From NCBI GenBank assembly GCA_964016885.1, contig OZ024747.1:16802001-16866000 (forward strand): 64,000 nt of DNA, given 5' to 3'. The notes below the pieces were generated by a model. That model made no database searches. It had not been told where the DNA came from and saw only the letters and a program-made list of their open reading frames with translations. The stretch is from Eledone cirrhosa (Eukaryota). The stretch's first letter is position 1; each line of letters starts with the position of its first letter. This document shows, in pieces, positions 28,615 through 39,085 of the stretch. Position numbers and translations under genes: made by a program.

Positions 28615-29690
28615 GGATATGGGAGATGGAGTGGGGGGGTTCGAGTGGGGAGGGCTGAAGGTGGTGTATGTGTATGTGTGTAGGTGCACTTGTGTGTGTA
28701 TGTGAATGCGAGAGTTGGGGGAAGAATGGGGTTCCATGTTTAGGTAAAAAGGAAACCGGTGTGTACATGGGGTGGTGTGTAAGTCTGTGTGTGTGTGCAT
28801 GTGGAGGGTGGAGGAGAGAGGACGTGTGGATTCCAGAGGCTGAGTGTATGTATGTGCGGATACGCACGGGTGTGTTTGTGTTTATATGTGGTGTGGATGT
28901 AGGTGGCGTGGTTCGAAAATAATGTAAGTGTGTGTTGGTGTGTATGTTCCTAATGTATTTCTACGGACTGTGAGACCAGATGTCGGAGATTCCACGTGTG
29001 GTAGGATGGCTGGCTGGAGCGATGACCGGTGGTGTAAAATCCTGGTGTGGTAGTGAGGGAGTGGAGAGATGTGGGGTGCGCGCGCAACAGGAAGTGGTCA
29101 GAGGGTCGAGGCAGCGTGAAGAGATAGCAGTAGAGGAGGATGAGAGGTAAAGATAGGGTGTGGACTGTGTGTCTGTGTTTGCGGAGGTACGGTGGTCGGG
29201 GGGAGGGGAGGGGGAGGTGCTAAAGGTGGAGGGAGAAGGTGGTGGTGCGGGGGTTGCTGTGTATATTAGTGGAGGTGTTAGTGGCATGTGTGAGTGAGGG
29301 GGTGTAGGTGGAGCGGGGAGAGAGAGAGGGAGAGAAAAGGTGTTTCGGACGGAGGAGAGAGTGTAGTGTAATGGTGTGTGTGAACGGTTTAGATATGAGT
29401 GTGTGTGTGTGTGGTAGAGAGGGTGTTAATATTACTGGTGGTGGGGAAGGGGTTAAATGCGGGCGCGTGGGGGTTAGTGGTGTTAGTGTGTGTGTGGAGT
29501 TGGTGGTGTATCGGTGTGTTCGTAGGTGTAGGTGAGTGTACGTGTGATGGTGTGTCTTCGTGTGTGTGGGGGGGTGGGGGTGTTAGGAATATTAGTTGGG
29601 GTGGTCAGATGTGGATGTGTGGAGCGGGGTTAGTGGTGGTAGTAGGGTGTGTGAATAGTGTGCGTGCGTGTATCTGTATGTTGATTTAAC
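28615..29690. repeat. ~1.1-kb G/T-skewed low-complexity tract, probable antisense PLE 3' UTR
   Basis: Extreme G richness on +; abuts the family G pLTR at 29690. The PLE UTRs at 14260-14360 and 42180-42270 are C/A-rich on their sense strand. Confidence 0.45.
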
Positions 29691-29736
29691 ACTTCACTGC
29701 TCGCAAGTGTTTTTTAAGCTTCATATCATGTCTCCC

Positions 29737-29807
29737 TATTTTATCTGATGAGAACGCAAATATCATCCCATGATGGTATTTGTTTTTGAAATGCGCATAA
29801 TAAAATA
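29737..29807 (+). ncRNA. Type-I hammerhead ribozyme in family G pLTR (29690-29873)
   Basis: TATTTTAT-CTGATGA-GAAC..CAAATATCATC/GATGGTATTTG..-GAAAT-GCGC-ATA-ATAAAATA; perfect 8-bp stem I. Confidence 0.85.
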
Positions 29808-29871
29808 CATGGAACTCTTTTAACCATCTTTTGATCTTATATTATTTATACTCCAGTCCTATAAACTTATC

Positions 29872-30170
<299 letters not shown>

Positions 30171-30618
30171 TTGGAGATAGCATATTTAGGTAATGAAGAC
30201 CAAAATATTTCTGGATGATCGTATCAATCAGTGTATAAAGTCAGTGGATAATGTATGCCCCATTGATTACCATGCCGTGTTAATAAAAGCTCTACTGTGT
30301 CTATAACAACACATATACGTCGACGAATGTATTAGAACATGAATATAAAAGTCTGTGAATCGTGGGTTAACAGAATTGACTTCCTCAATAGATCATTTGT
30401 AATAATCTTTATAAAACAATTAACAGGCACTCTCAGTCTAGGTCAACTTAATTATGGTGTAATACGGAACTGCAATAAAGATAACAGATAGAGTACAGCA
30501 TCTTCCTCTACCTTTCTCTTTCTTTCTCGCTCGCACTCTCACTCTCTCCCTCTCTCTGTATAAATATATATACATTATATACATGCATACATACATTTAT
30601 ATATACATATATACATAA

Positions 30619-31171
30619 AGTCAACATCATTGGATACCATCAGGGTTGCAGGTTTTATATCAGAGTTTTCCTTCTCCTAGAATTCTGCCTTGACAAAGGC
30701 TAAGGGGTCACTCTCCCGGATATATATATATATACATACATACATACACATATATATATATATACATGGAGGCTGCCAACTCGTTTTCGAGTACGGCCAC
30801 TACTTTATATCAATGTAGGAGAACCCCTACCGATGCGCTGAACGAGTGTGACTTTTTAGTCCAGCCAGCGACTTGAAAACTCTGGTACAAACACTACACT
30901 TGTGACAATTATTGACACATAGTGCTGGGCCCATGGTACCATGTAACGACAAGTGCAGAGAGTGCATCTCCAGATATAAAGCAATGCCTGTGCCGTGAAG
31001 CTTTTATAGTGAGCAAAGGCACTGCACAAAGCTAGTCCCATTCTCTTAACCAAGATGATATTTACCAAAAAGAAGAACAAGTCAACATCATTGGATACCA
31101 TCAGAGTTGCAGGTATTATATCAGAGTTTTCCTTCTCCTAGAATTCTGCCTTGACAAAGGCTAAGGGGTCA
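30619..31171 (-). mobile_element. Family X: longest copy (30768-31171) plus a partial tandem copy (30619-30720)
   Basis: Five related segments in the window. Minus strand has CTAGGAGAAGGAAAACTCTGA, resembling RTE-LINE 5' UTR motifs, and a terminal hairpin GTGGC..ACTCG-AAAA-CGAGT..GCC. Confidence 0.75.
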
Positions 31172-31194
31172 TAGATATATACATACATACATAT

Positions 31195-31255
<61 letters not shown>

Positions 31256-31337
31256 ATGAAGGAATGGAGTATGTCCCCACTGTACATATTACTCGTAACC
31301 TCTACTTGGATCACCTTATAAGATACCTCGTTTACTT

Positions 31338-31396
<59 letters not shown>

Positions 31397-31522
31397 GGGA
31401 AATGGTGTAGCTAGACCTATTACGTAATGGGTTCTCCCAATGTGTCTATAACCAGAAATATAACAGATTAACGAGGGTGGAGGAAAATGTGTAAAAGAAA
31501 GAACAATATATTTGGATAGTAA

Positions 31523-31710
31523 CAGGTGGGTGGATTGGCAGTATCGGTAGAGGGTCGGACGCCATGCTTTCCAGCATAGTTACGTCCCTTTACGATCTGA
31601 GTTCAAATCCCGCCGAGGTTGACTTTGCCTTTCATCCTTACGGGGTCGATAAAAATAAAGTACCAGTAATGCACTGGGTAATTGCTGGCCTTGTGCCTAA
31701 AGTAGAAACA
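31523..31710 (+). mobile_element. Full-length tRNA/Meta-core SINE with 18-bp TSD
   Basis: A/B boxes and core motif; AATATATTTGGATAGTAA at 31505-31522 and 31711-31728. Confidence 0.9.
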
Positions 31711-33185
31711 AATATATTTGGATAGTAATAGAAAATATAATTTAACCCATAGAAACGTAGTAAATACTACATTCTATTGATATTCTAAGTGTAGCATTTT
31801 ACGTCAGTGAAAGAATACAAAAATATAATTTCATCTGCTGTGAATATGTAATTATGAATATATCCAACTATAAAAAATATTTTCTCCATTATTATTTCTA
31901 TCATAATGTTGAATCATTCTAATGATTATGCTTGAAATACATGGACATTATATTCTTGTTTTCATACTTGAACACCTAAATTTGAAATATGCAGAACAAT
32001 GCAGATGGAATTCTTTAGAGACTGGTCTTTCATAATAACGGAAAGCATTTATGTACAACTAAAATCTTTTACATTGTTTTATTTTTTTTTCTTTCTAGCT
32101 AGACAGTGAGATAAGTTCTGAAACGGAACCTGCAAAAAATATAATTATTGTCAACATACGATGTTACTTTCATAAAGACCATGCTGTTGGTAAACATAAA
32201 TATGGGGAAATTGGTAAATAGAATTTCTGTTTAGCAGAATCAACGATGTATGAAATTGAAGATATTATTTCAAAAATTGCCGGAGAAATTGCAGGAAGAA
32301 CAATGTTTCGTAGATATTAGTTTAACTTTATGTTAGTATATTTTACTGTATTTTTGTTTTATTCATTTACTACTATTTTTCTGTAGAATATAATATGGTT
32401 TACATTCCTGGTAAAATAAGGCATACTATACAATATACCAGAAAATACGAAACTATTTCTAAGCCTATATCGTGAATAATCCGAAACACAAACAAACTAC
32501 AATATTGGACTATTTACATAATACGCATGGGAAATTAACTAATTCAAATAGGACCTTTTTTCTGCTATATTTGTCGAGCAGTTGCAAAATATGTGCCTTC
32601 TCAGGTGGTGTAGTGGAGATCAATCGCCAAATAATGGTTTCAAAGTTATCTACAATCTAACAGCCTTGAGGTATAATGTTGGTCGATTATTATCGACGTC
32701 ATTAATTCAATGCTACATATTTAATTGACATTGGTTTACCCACATGAGATTTTAACACATTACGTGTATAAATACATATATTCTTTCCCTGCATTACCTG
32801 CAAAAATAATTAAAAGCTTCCTTCGAATATAATTGACTTCTTTCATCAAATAATATTCTATGGAATGATAATATTCAATGCTACTATGATATTTCTCATA
32901 ATTAGGTTCTTAACTCCTGGGAAAGTCATAGACACGTCGCATTTCATGAACATTGAATCCTAGAGCACTTATTTGGTAATGATACAGTAGGGTATCTCAT
33001 GCAGACGCAATATAGCTAACTAGACACACATGTCACAGAATAGTACTAGTGACCCGTGCTTAAATTGATCAGTAATTCATTCTAACAATATCCTGAATTA
33101 GGTGTTTTGTAATGGTAGGATTTAATAAACTGCTTCTTATTTCAGCGTCACCTAAAATGCAATAAACATTTCTCTCCCTCTCTCC

Positions 33186-33268
<83 letters not shown>

Positions 33269-33270
<2 letters not shown>

Positions 33271-35146
33271 AGCAGATTTACCCGGCGTTGCTCGGAGTTT
33301 GAAATTATGCTAAGAATATACAGCTAGGAAGAAGAACATTATTTGTCCCAACCTGTCAAAATAAGCAGAAGTCTTCAATAATTAATGCAAACCAATATTT
33401 AGTGCAATCTTTCTACACATAAAACTATGTTGATAATGAAGGAAAACACTGAACAGGATGTAGTTATACAAATGATTAAAGACAATACACGTTGCAAATC
33501 AGTAAAAAAACAGCCAGTTTTGCTAAAGTTTAAAAAGTTGTAATAAAAGCAGAGTTGTATACAAACAAAAAAATAATGAGAGTAGAATAAGAGAAAATCT
33601 ATTCTTTGAGAGCATCCTTTGCTGTGTATGGTTAAATGTTGAACTTATAATCCAAAATATCCTGCATGACATATTCATTGGTATGTTTTGTAATGAGTAA
33701 GGTGAAGTCAAGGCTGAGCTGTAATAAGTTTTTTTGTTAACACTAAAGCACTTCAGGATAGACGATATTCTTTGTTTTTCTTTTCGGAACAAACACAAAG
33801 AGATTATCTCGACTGCCAACTCCTGAGCAGGCAACGTAGAATTGTCCGTGCGAAAAGTAAGGTTCATACAAGTGAATTTCAGTGACGGACTGAGTTTGAC
33901 CTTGCGACTTGTTTATGGACATCGCAAAGGCAACATAAAGGGGAAATTGGGTTCGGCGAAAGGAGAAGGGAGTATCCACGCCTGATGTAGTCAGGCTAAT
34001 TGTTGTTATTATCACATCCTCGCCTTACCACATCCGGATCGAATGCTAGCGTCAATAGTGGAGACAGTTTTTTACCACAAGGCGTGTACCATCTCAGTTT
34101 TGGAGGAGTGATATTTCTCAGCAAAATAACTGGCGTTCCCTCTTTCAGAACCAATGTATTAGGAGGTAAACCAGGAGGATTTAAAGAATTTAGAAATTCA
34201 ACTGGATAGTTGATCGCATCCTGTAGATCACATACAGTATCAATAAATTTATATATCCGTGGACATCCAGGAACAATCCTGTTCAGTATGTTCCTTCATT
34301 GTCAAAAACGTTTGATGTGTACGAATACAGCTGGAAGCATAGATAATGCCTGCCTCAAATGTGGACGAAATTACTTTAAAAATGTAAAAGTTGTAGGTCC
34401 CAATTATTTGAATGGAAAGTCCCATAAGGATTGTTCTAAAAATAAACAAACCATCATCAAAATCTCATCAATTCGAGACTGCTGCGAGAGTAGGCCCTTA
34501 CCGCGAAAATTAACATTTAATATAGTGAAACAAGTTAAAACAAGTGTTTTTTTAACTTTGAAAGTGCAATCAATGTTTTTTTTGTATCAACATGGCTTAT
34601 GAAAGTTTTTAAAATGTAGAAGTTGTAGGTCCCAATGGTTTGAATGGAAAGTCCCATAACGATTGTTCTAAAAATAAACAAACCATCATCAACATCTCGT
34701 CAATTAGAGACTGCTGCGAGATTAGGCCCTTAACGCTAAAATTAACACTTAATATAGTGAAACAGGTTAAAACAACAAGTGTTTTTTTTAACTTTGAAAG
34801 TGCAACAAAGAATAAACAAGAAAGAAATGATAATATTAGTGATTTATCTTCAAATGAATCTGATGTTCATATTTCTGAAATTTCGTCCGACGATGATTGT
34901 TGTTTTAAAATTGAAAACGAAGGTTTCTCTTTATAAGGATTGTCAATAACGTTGGTTATCTCCCTTACATCAATTTTGCTACCAATAATTGTTGCTCAAC
35001 GTGGGTCGATTGGAAAAATGTTTGTGATGTGAACATCTTAGCGACCTGTGCAACGTGCACAGAAAAGTTGTTCAAATTCGGTTGGTAATTGTAAAAGCCT
35101 TAGGTATCCAAAGTTGTACACAGACACACACACACATCCTCGCTTT

Positions 35147-35158
<12 letters not shown>
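33269..35158 (-). mobile_element. Non-autonomous Helitron
   Basis: Minus-strand 3' end has hairpin CCGAGCAACGCCGGG, then TAAATCTG-CTTG (a CTRR variant). The 5' end is TATATATATAAAAG...(GT)n. Internal helicase remnant and ~195-bp direct duplication (34375-34569/34608-34805). Confidence 0.88.
33743..34260 (-). pseudogene. Helitron Rep/Hel PIF1-family helicase C-terminal fragment (frameshifted)
   Basis: [28 protein letters not shown]; FRRTQFPLYVAFAMSINKSQGQT; FSHGQFYVACS; TKNIVYPEVL*. Confidence 0.92.
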
Positions 35159-35243
<85 letters not shown>

Positions 35244-35255
35244 TTAATATAGATG

Positions 35256-35306
35256 AGATTCTACAGGACTAGAACTGTTTCATTCTTTAGAAATCGTCAG
35301 GAATCT
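35256..35306 (-). ncRNA. Type-I hammerhead ribozyme
   Basis: Mirror of 35759-35809, with CTGACGA core. Confidence 0.85.
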
Positions 35307-35758
35307 GGGTATCAAAAAATAAAAATGGTATTTATAGGTCTCTACAAGTGGTAGGAGAGGGTGGGGAGTGGGATGGGTGTAGGTCATTGGTTGATAGAAA
35401 AGGGAAATCATTAAAAGCTAATTCTACAAAGCTATACTTTATTTTTATTTATTTATGTTTTTAGAGTAACAAGGGCAGACAGAATTCTATAAACAGGTTC
35501 CGGATGGCATACCATTCCTTGTCATTAAGTTTCTCTTAAGCTAACAGATGTCTATAAGATCAGTGGGGGGTCAGTCATGGTCGATAGATTTAAAGAAAAG
35601 GGAGATTCTTTAAAAGCTAAAAATAAACTATAGCTTTGTAGAATTAGCTTTTAATGATTTCCCTTTTCTATCAACCAATGACCTACACCCATCCCACTCC
35701 CCACCCTCTCCTACCACTTGTAGAGACCTATACATGCCATTTTTATTTTTTGATACCC

Positions 35759-35809
35759 AGATTCCTGATGATTTCTAAAGAATGAAACAGTTCTAGTCCT
35801 GTAGAATCT
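35759..35809 (+). ncRNA. Type-I hammerhead ribozyme (canonical core, 4-bp stem III)
   Basis: AGATTC-CTGATGA-TTTCTAAAGAAT-GAA-ACAG-TTCTAGTC-CTGT-A-GAATCT; GUA site. Confidence 0.9.
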
Positions 35810-35893
35810 CATCTATATTAAAACTTTTATACTCTGCTATGTATTGAGTACCTTACTTACTGTGGTTACCTCCGATTCAACCCGGAATAACGT

Positions 35894-35972
<79 letters not shown>

Positions 35973-35977
<5 letters not shown>

Positions 35978-36257
35978 TAATGAAATGACAGGAGGCTGGA
36001 TTTGTGTAAATCCTTGAAAGGTTTATTATACTATGATCATTTCAATGACCGGGTTCCGGTATAATAAACCTTTCAAGGATTTACACAAATCCAGCCTCCT
36101 GTCATTTCATTATGATATTTAACTCCGTAATAGCACCACCAACTACAAAAACAAAGACGGTTGAACTGCTTTACGTTGAGTACTCTCGATATTATTGCAT
36201 TACGATTGACCATACGGAATAGACCAGCTCTATACAGTGGTGAACCTCAAACCTGAA
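35973..36257. mobile_element. Short fold-back element (~57-bp perfect inverted arms plus tail) in (TA)n
   Basis: TATCATAATGAAATGACAGGAGGCTGG...TTATAC and its exact reverse complement at ~36059-36118; same architecture as the other fold-backs. Confidence 0.65.
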
Positions 36258-36271
36258 TATATATATGTATA

Positions 36272-36347
<76 letters not shown>

Positions 36348-36351
<4 letters not shown>

Positions 36352-36599
36352 AGATTTGAATGGATACAGTTTAGTTGAAAGGAATTTATTGACACGTGTT
36401 TCTATAACAGTTACATAACCTAAAACAGCTATCTACAAACTTTTAGTTATGCAGACATTCAATATTTCAATGTTATTATTTACTGTCATTTCATCAGAAT
36501 AAATAACTTTTGGAACTGCAACTGGAACCGTCGAGCAAACTCTACGTGAGCTGATAATCTACTGTGTGTAATATTTATATTACAACACAACGGAAAATA

Positions 36600-36604
<5 letters not shown>
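36348..36604. mobile_element. Inverted-halves pLTR copy of the 38750 element family; hammerhead at 36385-36503 (-)
   Basis: 36348-36503 is the reverse complement of the pLTR 5' half (canonical CTGATGA); 36507-36604 is the pLTR 3' half in + orientation. Confidence 0.85.
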
Positions 36605-36645
<41 letters not shown>

Positions 36646-37603
36646 TCAGGCGCAAACACATACGCTTCATATATTTACCACCAACATCAACATTTCGTCA
36701 CCAATCGTGACAGCCAAGTCATCAAGCAAGAATGCACATGGTTTATTCCTTGCAGATGATAGGGATAATGTGTAAATTTGGGTCGCTTATACACTACTTA
36801 GAAATAGGGAGCCATCTTCCTGCAATACTTTACTTGGAAGAGAAGCCAAAGATGTGCCCACGAATAACTAACTGTATATTTCTGGCATCCAATATATATT
36901 TATTTACTTTTGAGGTACTTCCGCTTTTGCACTTTAGCGTGAACGTGCAATTCAATAGCATGCATTATATTGTGCCATTGCTTCTGTAAGAAGGCAATAT
37001 AGTTTAATATAGGCTATCATATTGTATTAAGGCGCTAATAGAAGAAATTCATGAAATCAGTGATTAGGAGAATTGGCTTCATTGGTCAAATCATCCATCT
37101 CTATTGGGTTACTAATTTTATATTATGAGTTCAACTAATGCCTTTCCTCAGGTCTTGTTGTCGAACAAACGTATTAGACGACTAAAAAGGTTCAAATCGA
37201 CTTTTCTCTTACTGTAAATGTTCTGAGCGAGTGCTTAACTAAATAATCAAATTTACTAGAGGCACAACACAAGGCTGTAACAGGGAATGGTTTAGAAATC
37301 ATTCTCCTGGCGAGGCACCACCATTGCCCTATTCATGCAAAATTTGTATTCCTAAAACCTAAAAAAATCTATCAAAACCAGCTAATACCAGTGCTCCGGG
37401 ATTATAAATTATCATGTGTTTTATATATACATAACAAATATTTCCCAACTATGAACAACGGGGCTTTTCATTAATATTGAATATAAGAACTTCCTCTTAG
37501 TCTCTCTTTCTCTGATTAGTTGCATGTTACTTTGTTTTTCTATCTCTTCACACACTCTCTTTCCCTCTTACTGTCTCTCACTCACACACAGGGTATATAT
37601 ACA

Positions 37604-37648
<45 letters not shown>

Positions 37649-37741
37649 TAACCTGACTAGCTAATTCTAAACTACTGCTAGAACAGTCACTGTGCGATGG
37701 ATGTTTATGCATTTTCATAGCAGGAATATATATATATATAT

Positions 37742-37823
<82 letters not shown>

Positions 37824-37847
37824 AATATATATATATATACATACATT

Positions 37848-37899
<52 letters not shown>

Positions 37900-37919
37900 T
37901 ATATATATATACATACATT

Positions 37920-37989
<70 letters not shown>

Positions 37990-37991
<2 letters not shown>

Positions 37992-38231
37992 AAGAAAAAG
38001 AGATGAAATCGAAAATGCAATGATGTGAGAAAAACCACAGACCCTCCTTCTCAACTCACCTTTTAAAAAGCAGAAGAACTGCGAAACCGGTAAAGGAACC
38101 AAATAAATATATATATTTAAAAAAAAAAATAAGACTCCAGTTGCATTTTCGATTTCATCTCTTTTTCTTTATACTTTCACTCGTGTAGGACACCTCGGTT
38201 ATTTTTCATTTTGTTAAAAAAAACTCACTTT

Positions 38232-38235
<4 letters not shown>
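37990..38235 (+). mobile_element. Family F pLTR copy with a short inverted 5' piece
   Basis: Homologous to 15870-16073; 37990-38020 is the reverse complement of 38141-38171; core decayed to TTAAAAA. Confidence 0.7.
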
Positions 38236-38279
<44 letters not shown>

Positions 38280-38282
38280 CAT

Positions 38283-38345
<63 letters not shown>

Positions 38346-38369
38346 CATACATATATATATATATACATA

Positions 38370-38752
38370 CATGGTGGCTGCCAACTCGTTTTCGAGTACG
38401 GCCACTACTTTATATCCATGTAGGAGAACCCCTACCGTTGCGCTAAACGAGTGTGACTTTTTAGTCCAGCCAGCGACTTGAAACTCTGGTACAAACACTA
38501 CACCTGTGACAATTATTGACACATAGTGCTGGGCCCATTATACCATGTGACATCAAGTGCGGAGAGATCCCCAGATATAAAGCAATGCTTGTGCCGTGAA
38601 GCTTTTATAGTGAGCAAAAGCACTGCACAAAGCCAGTCCCACTCTCTTAACCAAGATGATATTTACCAAAAAGAAGAACAAATCAACATCATTGGATACT
38701 ATCAGGGTTGCAGGTGTTATATCAGAGTTGTCCTTCTCCTAGAATTCTGCCT
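38370..38752 (-). mobile_element. Family X copy fused to the 5' pLTR of the Penelope element
   Basis: Aligns with 30768-31151; ends at the shared CCT (38750-38752). Confidence 0.8.
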
Positions 38753-38760
38753 CAGTAAAA

Positions 38761-38881
38761 TTATTCCGATGAAATGACAGTTGATAATAACATTGAAATA
38801 TTGAATGTCTGCATAACTAATACTTTGTAGATAGCAGCTGTTTTCAGGTTATGTAACTGTTATAGAAACACGTGTCAATAA
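38761..38881 (+). ncRNA. Hammerhead with ~92-nt expanded stem II and U4C core change (repeated at 42287-42407)
   Basis: TTATT-CCGATGA-A-ATGACAGTT...AACTGTTAT-A-GAAAC-ACGT-GTC-AATAA. Confidence 0.7.
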
Positions 38882-39085
38882 ATTCCTTTTAACTAAACTG
38901 TATCCATTAAAATCCTTCTATTTTTCTCCGGATTACTTTTGGAACTACAACTGGAACCGTCGAGCAAACTCTACGTGAGCTGTCCATCTACTATGTGTAA
39001 TATTTATATTACAACACTACGGAAAATACTGTATACTTACCTCCTGTAAAGTCGAGCAACCCACACAGCAAACGCAACCACAACA

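Larger units (their letters stand above)
35239..35892. mobile_element. Fold-back PLE pLTR derivative, family E (~195-bp inverted arms, spacer, right tail)
   Basis: 35239-35435 is the reverse complement of ~35629-35826; (TA)n on both sides. Confidence 0.88.

Noticed and set aside
28961-29689. Pro/Ser/Thr-rich and Gly/Val-rich ORFs
   Set aside because: By-products of strand compositional skew; no splice or domain support.
30837-30890. Hammerhead in family X (CTGAACGA...GAAA)
   Set aside because: Extra core base and no consistent stems I and III.
31523-31620. tRNA gene
   Set aside because: A/B boxes belong to a SINE head with core, tail and TSD; no cloverleaf.
39033-39042. ATACTTACCT resembling the U1 snRNA 5' end
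   Set aside because: No downstream U1 sequence; it is simply the complement of a splice donor.
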